DNA of 64,000 nucleotides from Chitinophagaceae bacterium (GTDB lineage Bacteria > Bacteroidota > Bacteroidia > Chitinophagales > Chitinophagaceae), in assembly GCA_043763635.1 (NCBI GenBank), contig JAYULK010000009.1:906-64905 (forward strand). The letters run 5' to 3'. The notes under the pieces are model-generated. The model made no database searches and was not told the DNA's origin. It saw only the letters and a program-made list of their open reading frames with translations. Shown one piece after another: positions 45,057 through 54,726 of this stretch (position 1 is its first letter; each line of letters starts with the position of its first letter). A program made the position numbers and the translations under genes.

Positions 45057-47086
45057 AGGCTTTGACTATTATATGGATTTGTATTGCATTGCTTGGCAAT
45101 TTTACCCACTCATATTCTCAGGAATTGCCTTCTTCTGCCAAACAGCAATTGGAAAACTTAGCTGATGTAACAGAAGAAGCAACCGAAGATGATGCCTTAA
45201 TACAACAGTTAGCTTACCTGAAAGATCATCCTCTTGATATCAATATTGCTACGATGGAGGATTTGCAGGCATTTTATTTTTTGAACGATTTTCAAATACA
45301 AAATTTTATTAGCTATCGGGCTGCGCTGGGAAATCTTATTAGCATTTATGAAATGCAGAGTGTTCCCTCATGGGATTTGCTTACCATTAATAAAATCGTT
45401 CCTTACATTATTGTGCAGCAACCCGGGCTATTACAACAACAACAATTCAAGTCACGTTTTATTGATGGTGAACATAGTTTGTTGTTTAGGGCTTCCCGCA
45501 TTCTTGAACAATCCAAAGGATTTCTTAATGCAGCTTACCCCGGCGATAGAAATCATTTACTAACCCGCTATCGTTACCAGTATAAAAACTTATTGCAATA
45601 CGGCATCACGGCTGATAAAGATTCAGGCGAACCTTTTTCTAAAGGCCGCAATAGCAGAGGTTTCGACTTTTATTCCTTTCATTTATTTGCAAAAAATATT
45701 GGTGCCGTTAAAAGCATTGCTTTAGGAGATTTTACTATAAATCTTGGACAGGGGTTAATACAATGGCAATCATTAGCGTTTAAAAAAGGAGCGGAAGTGT
45801 TATCTATTAAAAGGCAGGGTGCTGTATTAAAACCTTATACTTCTGCTGGTGAGTTTTACTTTAACAGGGGTGCAGGTATTACTGTACAAAAAAATAACCT
45901 CGAAGCCACCTTATTTGCTTCAATAAAAAACATAAGTGCCAATACCGCATTTGATAGTACAGGAAAACAAGTATTCACAAGTTTTTTAACCTCAGGTCTA
46001 CATCGTACAGTTTCGGAGATTGAAGATAAAAATAGCATTCACCAAACTTCGTATGGCAGCAATATCCGGTATCATAAAAATGCTTTTTCAGTTGGGTTAA
46101 ACTTTGTTCAATATAACTTCTCCCGGGAGTATGAAAAGAGAGAAGAGCCTTATAATCTATTTGCTTTAAAAGGCAATGAGTGGCATAATGCAAGCATTGA
46201 TTATAGCTTTACACATAAGAACATCCACTTTTTTGGCGAAGCAGCACTTGATAAAAATGGAGACAAGGCTTTTGTAAATGGCGTTGTGGCAAGCTTGCAT
46301 TCAAAGATTGATCTTTCGCTGTTTCACCGCATTATTAATAAGGGATACCAGGCGGTTTATGGCAATGCGTTTACAGAAAACATACAACCCAATAATGAAT
46401 CGGGTTTGTACATGGGCATTTGTGTGAGGCCACAATCGTATTTAAAAATTGACGCTTATGCAGATTTTTATCAATTCCCCTGGCTTCGTTACAGGGTAGA
46501 TGCTCCCGGTGGTGGAAAAGATTATCTGCTGCAGGTTACCTATCAGCCCAATAGGATATTTGAAATTTATAGCCGGTATCGCTATGAAGCCAAGGAAATT
46601 AATGAGATGGCAAGCTTGGGCGCTATGAATTACTTAAGAAGCAGGGATCGCCAAAACTGGCGTACACATTTTTCTTATACCGTATCGTCAAAGCTTGCCC
46701 TTAGAGGCAGGGCAGACATAATTTGGTACGATAAAAAAGGAAAATTTTCTGAAGAAGGATTCCTGATTTTTACAGAGATGCATTACAAAGCAAATGCAAC
46801 ATTCTCTGGTAATATGCGTTTGCAATATTTTGCAACAGATAGCTACAATAGCCGCCTATATGCTTTTGAAAATGATGTATTGTTCAGCTATAGCATTCCT
46901 GCTTTTTTTAATAGGGGCTTACGTTATTATGGGAACGTCCATTATCAATGCTCGCAAAAGGTTTCATTATGGCTGCGTTGGGCACAAACTTTATATAATG
47001 ATGGAGCTAAAATTGGATCTGGTCTTGATGAAATAGAGGACAGGCGCAGAACAGAGGTAAAAATCCAGCTTTTTTACCGCTTATAA
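45053..47086 (+). CDS. ComEA-like helix-hairpin-helix module fused to a large beta-rich (barrel-like) domain
   Basis: 677-aa ORF with a signal peptide. Residues around 60-120 (LDINIATMEDLQAFYFLNDFQIQNFISYRAALGNLISIYEMQSVPSWDLLTINKIVPYI) follow the ComEA tandem HhH pattern. The remaining roughly 550 aa are beta-rich with many aromatic strand ends. Confidence 0.7.
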   Translation: MKALTIIWICIALLGNFTHSYSQELPSSAKQQLENLADVTEEATEDDALIQQLAYLKDHPLDINIATMEDLQAFYFLNDFQIQNFISYRAALGNLISIYEMQSVPSWDLLTINKIVPYIIVQQPGLLQQQQFKSRFIDGEHSLLFRASRILEQSKGFLNAAYPGDRNHLLTRYRYQYKNLLQYGITADKDSGEPFSKGRNSRGFDFYSFHLFAKNIGAVKSIALGDFTINLGQGLIQWQSLAFKKGAEVLSIKRQGAVLKPYTSAGEFYFNRGAGITVQKNNLEATLFASIKNISANTAFDSTGKQVFTSFLTSGLHRTVSEIEDKNSIHQTSYGSNIRYHKNAFSVGLNFVQYNFSREYEKREEPYNLFALKGNEWHNASIDYSFTHKNIHFFGEAALDKNGDKAFVNGVVASLHSKIDLSLFHRIINKGYQAVYGNAFTENIQPNNESGLYMGICVRPQSYLKIDAYADFYQFPWLRYRVDAPGGGKDYLLQVTYQPNRIFEIYSRYRYEAKEINEMASLGAMNYLRSRDRQNWRTHFSYTVSSKLALRGRADIIWYDKKGKFSEEGFLIFTEMHYKANATFSGNMRLQYFATDSYNSRLYAFENDVLFSYSIPAFFNRGLRYYGNVHYQCSQKVSLWLRWAQTLYNDGAKIGSGLDEIEDRRRTEVKIQLFYRL

Positions 47087-47249
47087 TAAAGTCAATGGTA
47101 GAGTTGTTCAAATGTTGTATTTGTTAAAAGAAATTATATTTGAAGCAGCTTATAAATAGCGATTGCTGTCTCTTTATTAATAACCCTCTCTGGGGTAGGG
47201 ACCATTGAAAAAGGTATCAACGATTTAATAATTAAAATTCGAGTTTCAC

Positions 47250-50200
47250 ATGAGAAAAATCGCATCACTGCTTTCGGTGCTGATGTTGCTTTGCACATTG
47301 GCATTTGCACAAACCCGTACTATCACAGGTACGGTTAGAGATGATAACGGAAATGCAATTCCGTTTGCTACAATCACCCAAGCAGGAACAAAGAATGCTA
47401 CGACTGCCGATGCTAATGGTAATTTCAGCATTACGGTTCCGCAAAATGCAAGACTCACCATTTCTGCAACCGGGTTTTCGGCACAAACCCTTGCGGGCAC
47501 TGATGCCGCAAACATTAGCCTTGTTAGGGGGGAGGGTCAATTACAGGAAGTAGTTGTAACAGCTTTAGGTATCCGCCGTGATAAAAAAGCGTTAGGATAT
47601 GCGGTTTCAACTGTTGATCCAGGCACATTACTTCAAAAATCGGAGCCCGATTTGTTGAAGGGAATGCAAGGGAAAGTTCCAGGTGTGGATATCAGAACAT
47701 CACATGGAACACCAGGGGGAGCCACAAGAATACAATTAAGGGGAAACACCTCTTTTGACAATGCTAATGAGCCTCTGATAGTTGTAGATGGCGTTCCTTA
47801 CAGTAATGATGTTTTATCTACTAGTAGCCAAACCACCGGAGGTACAGCTTATGGGTCAGGACTTGCCAACCTTGATCCGAATGATATCGAATCTATTTCA
47901 GTATTGAAGGGCGTAGCCGCTGCGGCCTTATATGGATCACGAGCTTCAAGGGGAGCAATGATAATTACTACAAAGTCAGGTACTGCAAAAAAAGGTGCTA
48001 AACCATTAAATGTCACGCTTAGGAGCGGCATTTCTTTGGAAAGGATATCCAATTTACCAGATTATCAAAACACTTATGGCTCAGGTGCTAATTTCGATCC
48101 CCGTACGGGTTCTAATGGTTCTTGGGGAGCAAAATTCGGATTAGGGAATGTATATAACCAGAACGGCGATATTTTAAGACCTAGTACTTCAGGTGTTGAT
48201 TCTATAGCAGCATGGAGAGATTACCTAATAGCCTATCCGGAACTCTTTCCCAATGGTAATGCAGCCTATAAGGCATATCCGAATAATGTAAAAGACGGTT
48301 TCCAGACGGGTATGCTTTATGAAAATTCTATTGGTGTAAATGGTGGTGATGCAACTACTTCCTTGTCCTTAACCGCTTCTAATCTGGATCATAAAGGCTA
48401 CGTTATTAATTCAAGCTATAAGAGAAATAATATAGCAATTGGTGCTCAAACCAGATATAAAGCTTTAACTCTTGGTGGCAATCTCAGCTATGTGAAATCC
48501 AAGCAGGTAGGCGGCTTTTTTGGAAATAATCAAAGTTCTGGTTCTTCCTCTCAGTTTGCCAGATCTTTATTTATGGCGAGGAACTGGGACATGTTTGGTT
48601 TACCCTCAGAAGATAAAGCAGGAAGACCTTTAGCTTTTACGCCGGGTAATTATGATCATCCAACCTGGGCAGCTTATCACAACACTGTTACTACTTTTGA
48701 AGAAAGGATGGTTGCGGGTGTAAGGTTGGGCTATAGGTTCAATAACTGGATAAACTTCTCCTATACTTTCGGAATGAATCAGGCAAATGTGAACAGGGAT
48801 GAAGTAACGGATGAGTTTTCACGTGCCGCTTCCGGGCTCGGCCGTATTGTAAATGATAACCGCAGAGCTAACGAATTAAATTCAACTGCAATTATTACAC
48901 TAACTCCGAAAATTGGAAAAGATTTTACTATTGATTTTAAACTAGGCAATGATGTAAATGAAAGAACTTCCAGAAGACAATCAGATATTGGAAGGGATTT
49001 TATTGTTCCTGGAATTTTCAACCTCAGCAACACCGTAGAAAAAAGTTTTGCTTTTGACAGTAGATTTAAAAGAAGAATAGTGGGCGTTTTTGCGGACGCA
49101 ACCTTCGGGTATAAAAACTTTGCTTTTATAAATGCGTCAGCACGTAATGACCGTACTTCTACCTTGCCTTATGAAAATGCGAGTTATTACTATCCTGCTG
49201 TATCAGGTTCTTTGGTGTTTACAGAAGCATTTAAAATACAGTCTGATTGGTTTGATTATGGAAAAATCAGGGCATCTTGGGCAAGAGTGGGGAACGATGG
49301 GAGCTCACAAGAAGGCGAAGATGTGTTTACATTAGGTACGGTTAATTTCCTGGGGTTACCTTATGCAAGCCGCAGTGGCTTGCCATTCAATGCACCAGAT
49401 GGACAAACAAATGATCCCAATCTAACACCTGAATTCACTCGTGAGGTAGAGACGGGTATAGACCTTTCTTTTTTTAAGCGTCGAATAAATCTGGACTTTA
49501 CTTTGTATAATAAAACATCAACGGATCTTATTTATGCTGTAACTATACCCTCTTCAACAGGGTACACATCATTTAGAACTAATCTTGGTGAAATAACGAA
49601 TAAGGGTGTAGAAATTGGACTTTCTGTCAGACCTATTGTAACAAGAAATTTTTCCTGGGAAGTAAGAGGTGCCTTTACCAGAAATGATAATATGGTTGTT
49701 AAATTGGTTGAAGGACTTGAAAGGGCCAACCTTGGTGGTGGCTTTTCCGGTGGTGTTTCCGCATGGCTTGAGCCAGGTAAGCCTTATGGTTATCTTAGAG
49801 GGCAGGTAGTTGATAGAACAGAAGATGGTCAAATGCTGATTGATGAAAAAACCGGATGGTATATTGAAGCATTAGAACAAGCAGATATTGGAAATCCTAA
49901 TCCTGATTTCAAATTAGGTATTGGAAATAATTTCTCCTTCAAAGGATTTACGCTTGGTGCCTTGGTCGATATAACAAAAGGGGGCAGATTTTATTCAAAC
50001 GCAATTCCCAGCTTAATGGGTAGAGGCGTTACCAAAGACACTGAGGATAGGGAAGCCTTGTGGGTTATTCCGGGAGTCTATGGAAATCCTAATACTCATC
50101 AGCCTGTATTGAGCGGTGGTAAAACGATACCAAATCAAACCAGGATTAGTACAAACGATTTATTTTTTGGAAATTCCTTTGCCATAAATGCTGCTGATGA

Positions 50201-50474
50201 ATTTAATACCTATGACGCCAGCGTTTACAGACTCCGGGAGGTAACCCTTGGTTATAGCATTCCTAAAAATATCGTTAGCAAGCTTAAATTAATTTCCGAT
50301 ATATCCCTTGGCCTTAGTGGTCGGAACCTTTGGTTTAATGCGCCTAATTTGCCAAAGCATCTTAATTATGATCCTGAGGTTAACGCTTATGGTAATTCAC
50401 CCCTTTTGGGAATAGAATTAGATTCAGCACCCACAGCAAAAAGGTACGGGTTCAACATTAATGTAACATTTTAA
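47250..50474 (+). CDS. SusC/RagA-family TonB-linked outer membrane protein
   Basis: 1074-aa ORF. Signal peptide, CarboxypepD_reg-like ITGTVRDDNGNAIPFATI, plug region VVVTALGIRRDKKALGYAVSTV and a C-terminal F. Confidence 0.93.
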   Translation: MRKIASLLSVLMLLCTLAFAQTRTITGTVRDDNGNAIPFATITQAGTKNATTADANGNFSITVPQNARLTISATGFSAQTLAGTDAANISLVRGEGQLQEVVVTALGIRRDKKALGYAVSTVDPGTLLQKSEPDLLKGMQGKVPGVDIRTSHGTPGGATRIQLRGNTSFDNANEPLIVVDGVPYSNDVLSTSSQTTGGTAYGSGLANLDPNDIESISVLKGVAAAALYGSRASRGAMIITTKSGTAKKGAKPLNVTLRSGISLERISNLPDYQNTYGSGANFDPRTGSNGSWGAKFGLGNVYNQNGDILRPSTSGVDSIAAWRDYLIAYPELFPNGNAAYKAYPNNVKDGFQTGMLYENSIGVNGGDATTSLSLTASNLDHKGYVINSSYKRNNIAIGAQTRYKALTLGGNLSYVKSKQVGGFFGNNQSSGSSSQFARSLFMARNWDMFGLPSEDKAGRPLAFTPGNYDHPTWAAYHNTVTTFEERMVAGVRLGYRFNNWINFSYTFGMNQANVNRDEVTDEFSRAASGLGRIVNDNRRANELNSTAIITLTPKIGKDFTIDFKLGNDVNERTSRRQSDIGRDFIVPGIFNLSNTVEKSFAFDSRFKRRIVGVFADATFGYKNFAFINASARNDRTSTLPYENASYYYPAVSGSLVFTEAFKIQSDWFDYGKIRASWARVGNDGSSQEGEDVFTLGTVNFLGLPYASRSGLPFNAPDGQTNDPNLTPEFTREVETGIDLSFFKRRINLDFTLYNKTSTDLIYAVTIPSSTGYTSFRTNLGEITNKGVEIGLSVRPIVTRNFSWEVRGAFTRNDNMVVKLVEGLERANLGGGFSGGVSAWLEPGKPYGYLRGQVVDRTEDGQMLIDEKTGWYIEALEQADIGNPNPDFKLGIGNNFSFKGFTLGALVDITKGGRFYSNAIPSLMGRGVTKDTEDREALWVIPGVYGNPNTHQPVLSGGKTIPNQTRISTNDLFFGNSFAINAADEFNTYDASVYRLREVTLGYSIPKNIVSKLKLISDISLGLSGRNLWFNAPNLPKHLNYDPEVNAYGNSPLLGIELDSAPTAKRYGFNINVTF

Positions 50475-50493
50475 TAGAACAAATTTTTTGATT

Positions 50494-52182
50494 ATGATAC
50501 GGAAAATAAAAATTCTTTACCTGTTAGGTGCTGTACTGTTTATATCAGCAACAGGGTGCAAGAAATATCTCGATGTAAATAAGAATTTGAACGATCCTAC
50601 CAAAGTACCCGTTGCTATTTTGCTTACAGGAGCAGAGCTGCAAATTGGGCAGGCCCTTGCTAATAGTGATGCTTTGTCTCAGGGCCTTGCTGTTTATATG
50701 CACCAGATGACAACGCGTGAAGAACAAGATAATTATGACATGAAAGGCAATGATTTTGTCATTGAAAGTTCATGGGCTAAGTTGCATGCGGCTCTGGCTG
50801 ACCTGGAAATTGTTGCGGAGCAGGGCACAGCAGAAACCCGCTTTAAATATGCAGGCATCGCAAAAGTTTTAAGGGCTTATGTCTTTAGCCAAATGGTCGA
50901 TGTTTGGGGCGATATACCATTTTCAGAGTTTAATAAATTTAAGGAAGGCATTAAGCAACCTAAATTTGATGACGACGCAGCTATATATCCACAGTTGATC
51001 ACCTTGATAGACCAGGGTATTACTGATATGAATAATACTGCTGTCAATGCTTCGTCTCCGGGAACTGATGATGTGATTTATGGAGGCAACATATCGAAAT
51101 GGATAAAGGCGGCTAATACCATTAAACTTAAATTGTATACCCAGGTTAGAAAGGTTCAAAACGTCACCCCTCAGGTAACAGCTTTATTGGCTAATCCTGC
51201 CAGTTTAATAAATGCTACGAACGAGAGTTTTGTTATTCCGTTCGGAACAACACTACTTACTGACCGTAACCCCGGCTTTTCAGAATATTATGCTACCCAA
51301 AGGACAGACCATGTAAGTCCATGGCTTTATGAAATAATGAAAGGGTATAATCCATTATATAGTGGTACTACAGATCCCCGTATTCCTTATTATATTTATA
51401 ACCAATTGACTGCAACTGGTACACCCCCTGCTACAACCGAATACAGAGACCGGGCTTTTGTTAGTTTATATTTCGGCTCCATAGGACCTAATCGTAACTC
51501 ATCTCAACAAAATGGTATCAGCCTTTTTGGTATATATCCTGTAGGTGGCAGGTACGACGATGGAGCAGGTGGTACGGCAACAGCCACAAGTGGTACAGGT
51601 GCAGCACCTCAAAGGCTAATTACTTATGCCGATAGACTTTATCTTGAAGCTGAGGTAATCAATACAGGTGTTATAACAGGCGATGCAAAAGCAGTTTTTC
51701 AAAAAGCGCTTAATGAATCATTTAAACAAGTTGATTACGTAGTTACATTGGTTAACCCTTCTCAAACTGTTCCCAGATTAATGGGTACAAATGGAACTAC
51801 GCCAACCGCTGCAGTAACCACTTATATAAATGCTGTACTTGTACAATATGATGCAGCAGCTGGTGCAAATGGCAAATTGGAACATATAATGACACAAAAA
51901 TGGTTATCAAGTGTTGGTTCATCAGTAGACCAGTACACTGATTACAGGAGAACGGGCTATCCGGTTTTATTTGATCCTCAAAATCCTGCCCATGCTCCTG
52001 GAGGGAAGGCGCAACCGCCTATAGCAGGTAATCCGCAACTAAATCCTCAGCCGTCCGTGCAGGTTCAACGTACTAACAATTTTCCGTTGTCTTTACCTTG
52101 GCCACAGAATGAATTGGATTTAAATGGGAATGCTCCTCCGCAAAAAACACCGGATACTTATAAAGTATTTTGGATGCCATAA
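50494..52182 (+). CDS. SusD/RagB-family nutrient-binding outer membrane lipoprotein
   Basis: About 560 aa, immediately downstream of SusC. Lipobox ISATGC. TPR-like helical N-terminal half. Confidence 0.9.
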   Translation: MIRKIKILYLLGAVLFISATGCKKYLDVNKNLNDPTKVPVAILLTGAELQIGQALANSDALSQGLAVYMHQMTTREEQDNYDMKGNDFVIESSWAKLHAALADLEIVAEQGTAETRFKYAGIAKVLRAYVFSQMVDVWGDIPFSEFNKFKEGIKQPKFDDDAAIYPQLITLIDQGITDMNNTAVNASSPGTDDVIYGGNISKWIKAANTIKLKLYTQVRKVQNVTPQVTALLANPASLINATNESFVIPFGTTLLTDRNPGFSEYYATQRTDHVSPWLYEIMKGYNPLYSGTTDPRIPYYIYNQLTATGTPPATTEYRDRAFVSLYFGSIGPNRNSSQQNGISLFGIYPVGGRYDDGAGGTATATSGTGAAPQRLITYADRLYLEAEVINTGVITGDAKAVFQKALNESFKQVDYVVTLVNPSQTVPRLMGTNGTTPTAAVTTYINAVLVQYDAAAGANGKLEHIMTQKWLSSVGSSVDQYTDYRRTGYPVLFDPQNPAHAPGGKAQPPIAGNPQLNPQPSVQVQRTNNFPLSLPWPQNELDLNGNAPPQKTPDTYKVFWMP

Positions 52183-52205
52183 TTTTAAAAATTAATATAC
52201 TTACA

Positions 52206-53102
52206 ATGACAAAGAACATAATATTTTATTTTTTTCTTTCCATCCTTTTTATAGGATGTAGTAAAGACGACGGATCAGTTCCCAAAGCGGTTGGCGTAGA
52301 AAGAGTACCTGCTCCAAAAATAACAAAGGATGCTACAGGGAGCGCAGCAATTGATTTTGCCAACCCAGCAAACTTTAATGGAAAGTACAATGTGGGCCTA
52401 TACTTTTCTAATGACGTTCCACCTTCAAAAATGGATATTGTTATTAGAAAAAATGGAAGCAGTGCTGGTGTAAAAGTATTGCAAGGCGGGATTACAACTT
52501 TCCCAAGTTCTTTAAGTATCACCGGCGCGAAAATTGTTGAACTCTTTGGGGCTATTGCATCAAGTGATACCTATGAAATTGGAGCTGATATTTATACTGC
52601 TTCCGGAAAAAAATATGAAGCTTTCCCAGCAGTAGGAGCAGGTTACGGCTCAACCGGCTTTACAGCCGATCATCCCGGCTTTAGTGCTGCTATTACTTAT
52701 AACGTTTCTTGTCCCACTTTTATCCAGTCTGCTTTTTCGGGCAAATTCAAAGTAGTTACTGATACATGGCAGGATTATGCTGTTGGTGACGAGTTGGATG
52801 TGGTAATGGGCCCTGGCACTAACCAGTTAACTATATTTGCATATCCTTCACCTAGTTATGGCACAAACAGAAGAGGAATAATTATTAACGTCTCTCCTAC
52901 TCAGGTAGTTACTATTCCTGAGCAAATTATCGGCGACTATGATGCAGGCGGAGGTGCTTTTGATTCAAATATCACTATTCAGGGAGATGGTACAGTGAAC
53001 TCTTGTACAAAAACAATCTCTTTAACAGGTCTTAGTTTTAAAAAAGGCATGGGTGGTGCTGCCTATGGTGGAGGACCCTATACCCTTACCATTAAACAAT
53101 AA
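52206..53102 (+). CDS. Hypothetical surface lipoprotein (SusE/F-position gene)
   Basis: Start at the ATG at 52206 (MTKNIIFYFFLSILFIGCSKDD lipobox). Beta-rich. No family recognised. Confidence 0.65.
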   Translation: MTKNIIFYFFLSILFIGCSKDDGSVPKAVGVERVPAPKITKDATGSAAIDFANPANFNGKYNVGLYFSNDVPPSKMDIVIRKNGSSAGVKVLQGGITTFPSSLSITGAKIVELFGAIASSDTYEIGADIYTASGKKYEAFPAVGAGYGSTGFTADHPGFSAAITYNVSCPTFIQSAFSGKFKVVTDTWQDYAVGDELDVVMGPGTNQLTIFAYPSPSYGTNRRGIIINVSPTQVVTIPEQIIGDYDAGGGAFDSNITIQGDGTVNSCTKTISLTGLSFKKGMGGAAYGGGPYTLTIKQ

Positions 53103-53123
53103 CTATTTTAGCTAAATTTTTTT

Positions 53124-53159
53124 AAACAGGCTGTCTCAAAGGCTTGAGATAGCCTGTTT
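53124..53159 (+). terminator. Strong 16-bp hairpin after the SusC/D/lipoprotein unit
   Basis: aaacaggctgtctcaa-aggc-ttgagatagcctgttt (one G-T pair). Followed by AT-rich sequence rather than a clean T-run. Confidence 0.6.
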
Positions 53160-53309
53160 ATATTTAAAGTATAAGGAGCTATTGTTATTTTCTTTTATTT
53201 TTCAATTTCATAATTTATGTTAAGACAATACCTTTATCAATATTAGTTGAAGCTCCATAGAAATTTTTCAAAACATTTCAATATAAAATAGCTTTCTAAA
53301 ACCTCGACA

Positions 53310-53621
53310 ATGCAAGACCAACCACAACCCCCCGGCATCAACATAGAAATATCAGAAGAAGTAGCCGAAGGCCAATATGCAAATCTTGCGATAATCACCC
53401 ACTCACATGCAGAATTTGTAATTGATTTTGTGAACGTAATGCCGGGTACTCCTAAAAGCAAAGTGAAATCCCGTATTATTTTTACACCGCAACATGCCAA
53501 GCGTTTTATGAATGCCCTGCTGGAAAATGTGCAACGATATGAGGCTGCGAACGGACATATTAAAGACCTTGAAGAAGTACAGATACCATTAACTTTTGGC
53601 GGGCCAGCGGGTCAGGCTTAA
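53310..53621 (+). CDS. DUF3467-family protein
   Basis: 103-aa ORF. Pattern EEVAEGQYANLAIITHSHAEFVIDFVNVMPG...IIFTPQHAKRF is typical of this family. Confidence 0.7.
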   Translation: MQDQPQPPGINIEISEEVAEGQYANLAIITHSHAEFVIDFVNVMPGTPKSKVKSRIIFTPQHAKRFMNALLENVQRYEAANGHIKDLEEVQIPLTFGGPAGQA

Positions 53622-53688
53622 AGTGATAAGCTGTAAGTTATAGGTTATACGTCTAGAAGCAGATTTTGTTAAACTTAATACTTATAAC

Positions 53689-54381
53689 TTATAGAATTCC
53701 TTCATCGGCAAAACTGTAATAGCCAGCTTCGCTTACAATTACATGGTCAAGTATTTTTATATCGAAGAATAGGGCTGCTTGCTTTATTTTTCGGGTTAGC
53801 TCCTCATCTGCTTTACTTGGCTTAAGGCTACCAGAAGGATGGTTGTGGCAAAGAACCAAACTAACAGCATCTTGTTCAAGCGCTTTCTTAAGAATGATCC
53901 TGGGGTCGGCCACTGTGCCCGTAATGCCGCCTTCACTTACTATTTCAAAATGGTTTATTTTATTGGCTCTGTTTAAAAATAATACTGCAAAAACTTCATG
54001 CACATGATCCTGCAAAAGAAGCTGCAAGTACTTAGCTACATCAGCACTTGTGGTAATGATTGCTTTTTCCAACGAGGCCAAAGCTTGTCTTCTCCGGCCA
54101 ATTTCCAGGGCAGCAGCTATCGTAATTGCCTTTGCTTCACCAATTCCTTTAACTTTCATCATCTGCTTTACAGTAATTCTCCCTAGTTCAGGCAGATTGT
54201 TTTTACCTAAACTCAAAACTTCTTTTGCCAGGTCTAAAGCAGTTTTGGAACGTGTTCCATTCACTATCAATATAGCCAGCAATTCACTGTCACTAAGGGT
54301 TTCGGCTCCTTTCATAAGTAGTTTTTCGCGTGGTCTATCGTCTTTTGCCCATTGCTTTATTGAGTAATTCTGCTCTTGCAT
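53689..54381 (-). CDS. radC: RadC-family JAB-domain protein
   Basis: 230-aa ORF. N-terminal HhH region (LSDSELLAILI) and C-terminal JAMM motif HNHPSG. Confidence 0.9.
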   Translation of the reverse strand: MQEQNYSIKQWAKDDRPREKLLMKGAETLSDSELLAILIVNGTRSKTALDLAKEVLSLGKNNLPELGRITVKQMMKVKGIGEAKAITIAAALEIGRRRQALASLEKAIITTSADVAKYLQLLLQDHVHEVFAVLFLNRANKINHFEIVSEGGITGTVADPRIILKKALEQDAVSLVLCHNHPSGSLKPSKADEELTRKIKQAALFFDIKILDHVIVSEAGYYSFADEGIL

Positions 54382-54447
54382 GTTTCAAGTTTAGACAATA
54401 ATATTGTTATTGTCAATATCTTTTTAAAACCCTATAAAACCAATCCT

Positions 54448-54663
54448 ATGACACGTAACTCTACTTCAACTATGGGTGCATTACATCCAATTATGTTCTT
54501 CATTCTTATTTACGGCATCTCCCTTTTTATGGCTCTTTTTGTTTGCAGGGCAGTATATTATTCTATTAATGGTAATGATGATATAGCTCAAACAGAAGAG
54601 ACTACTAATAGCCTTTCTTATTCTGGTACAACTGTATCAACACAAGCTACAGCATCAAGATAA
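54448..54663 (+). CDS. Possible small single-pass membrane protein
   Basis: ORF with one hydrophobic segment (IMFFILIYGISLFMALFV). The start is uncertain and no homology was recognised. Confidence 0.3.
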   Translation: MTRNSTSTMGALHPIMFFILIYGISLFMALFVCRAVYYSINGNDDIAQTEETTNSLSYSGTTVSTQATASR

Positions 54664-54726
54664 ATTGCATTAAGCTTAAAGATGTACGGATGCGAATCAA
54701 TATCTTCGCCCACACATTTTTAAGTC

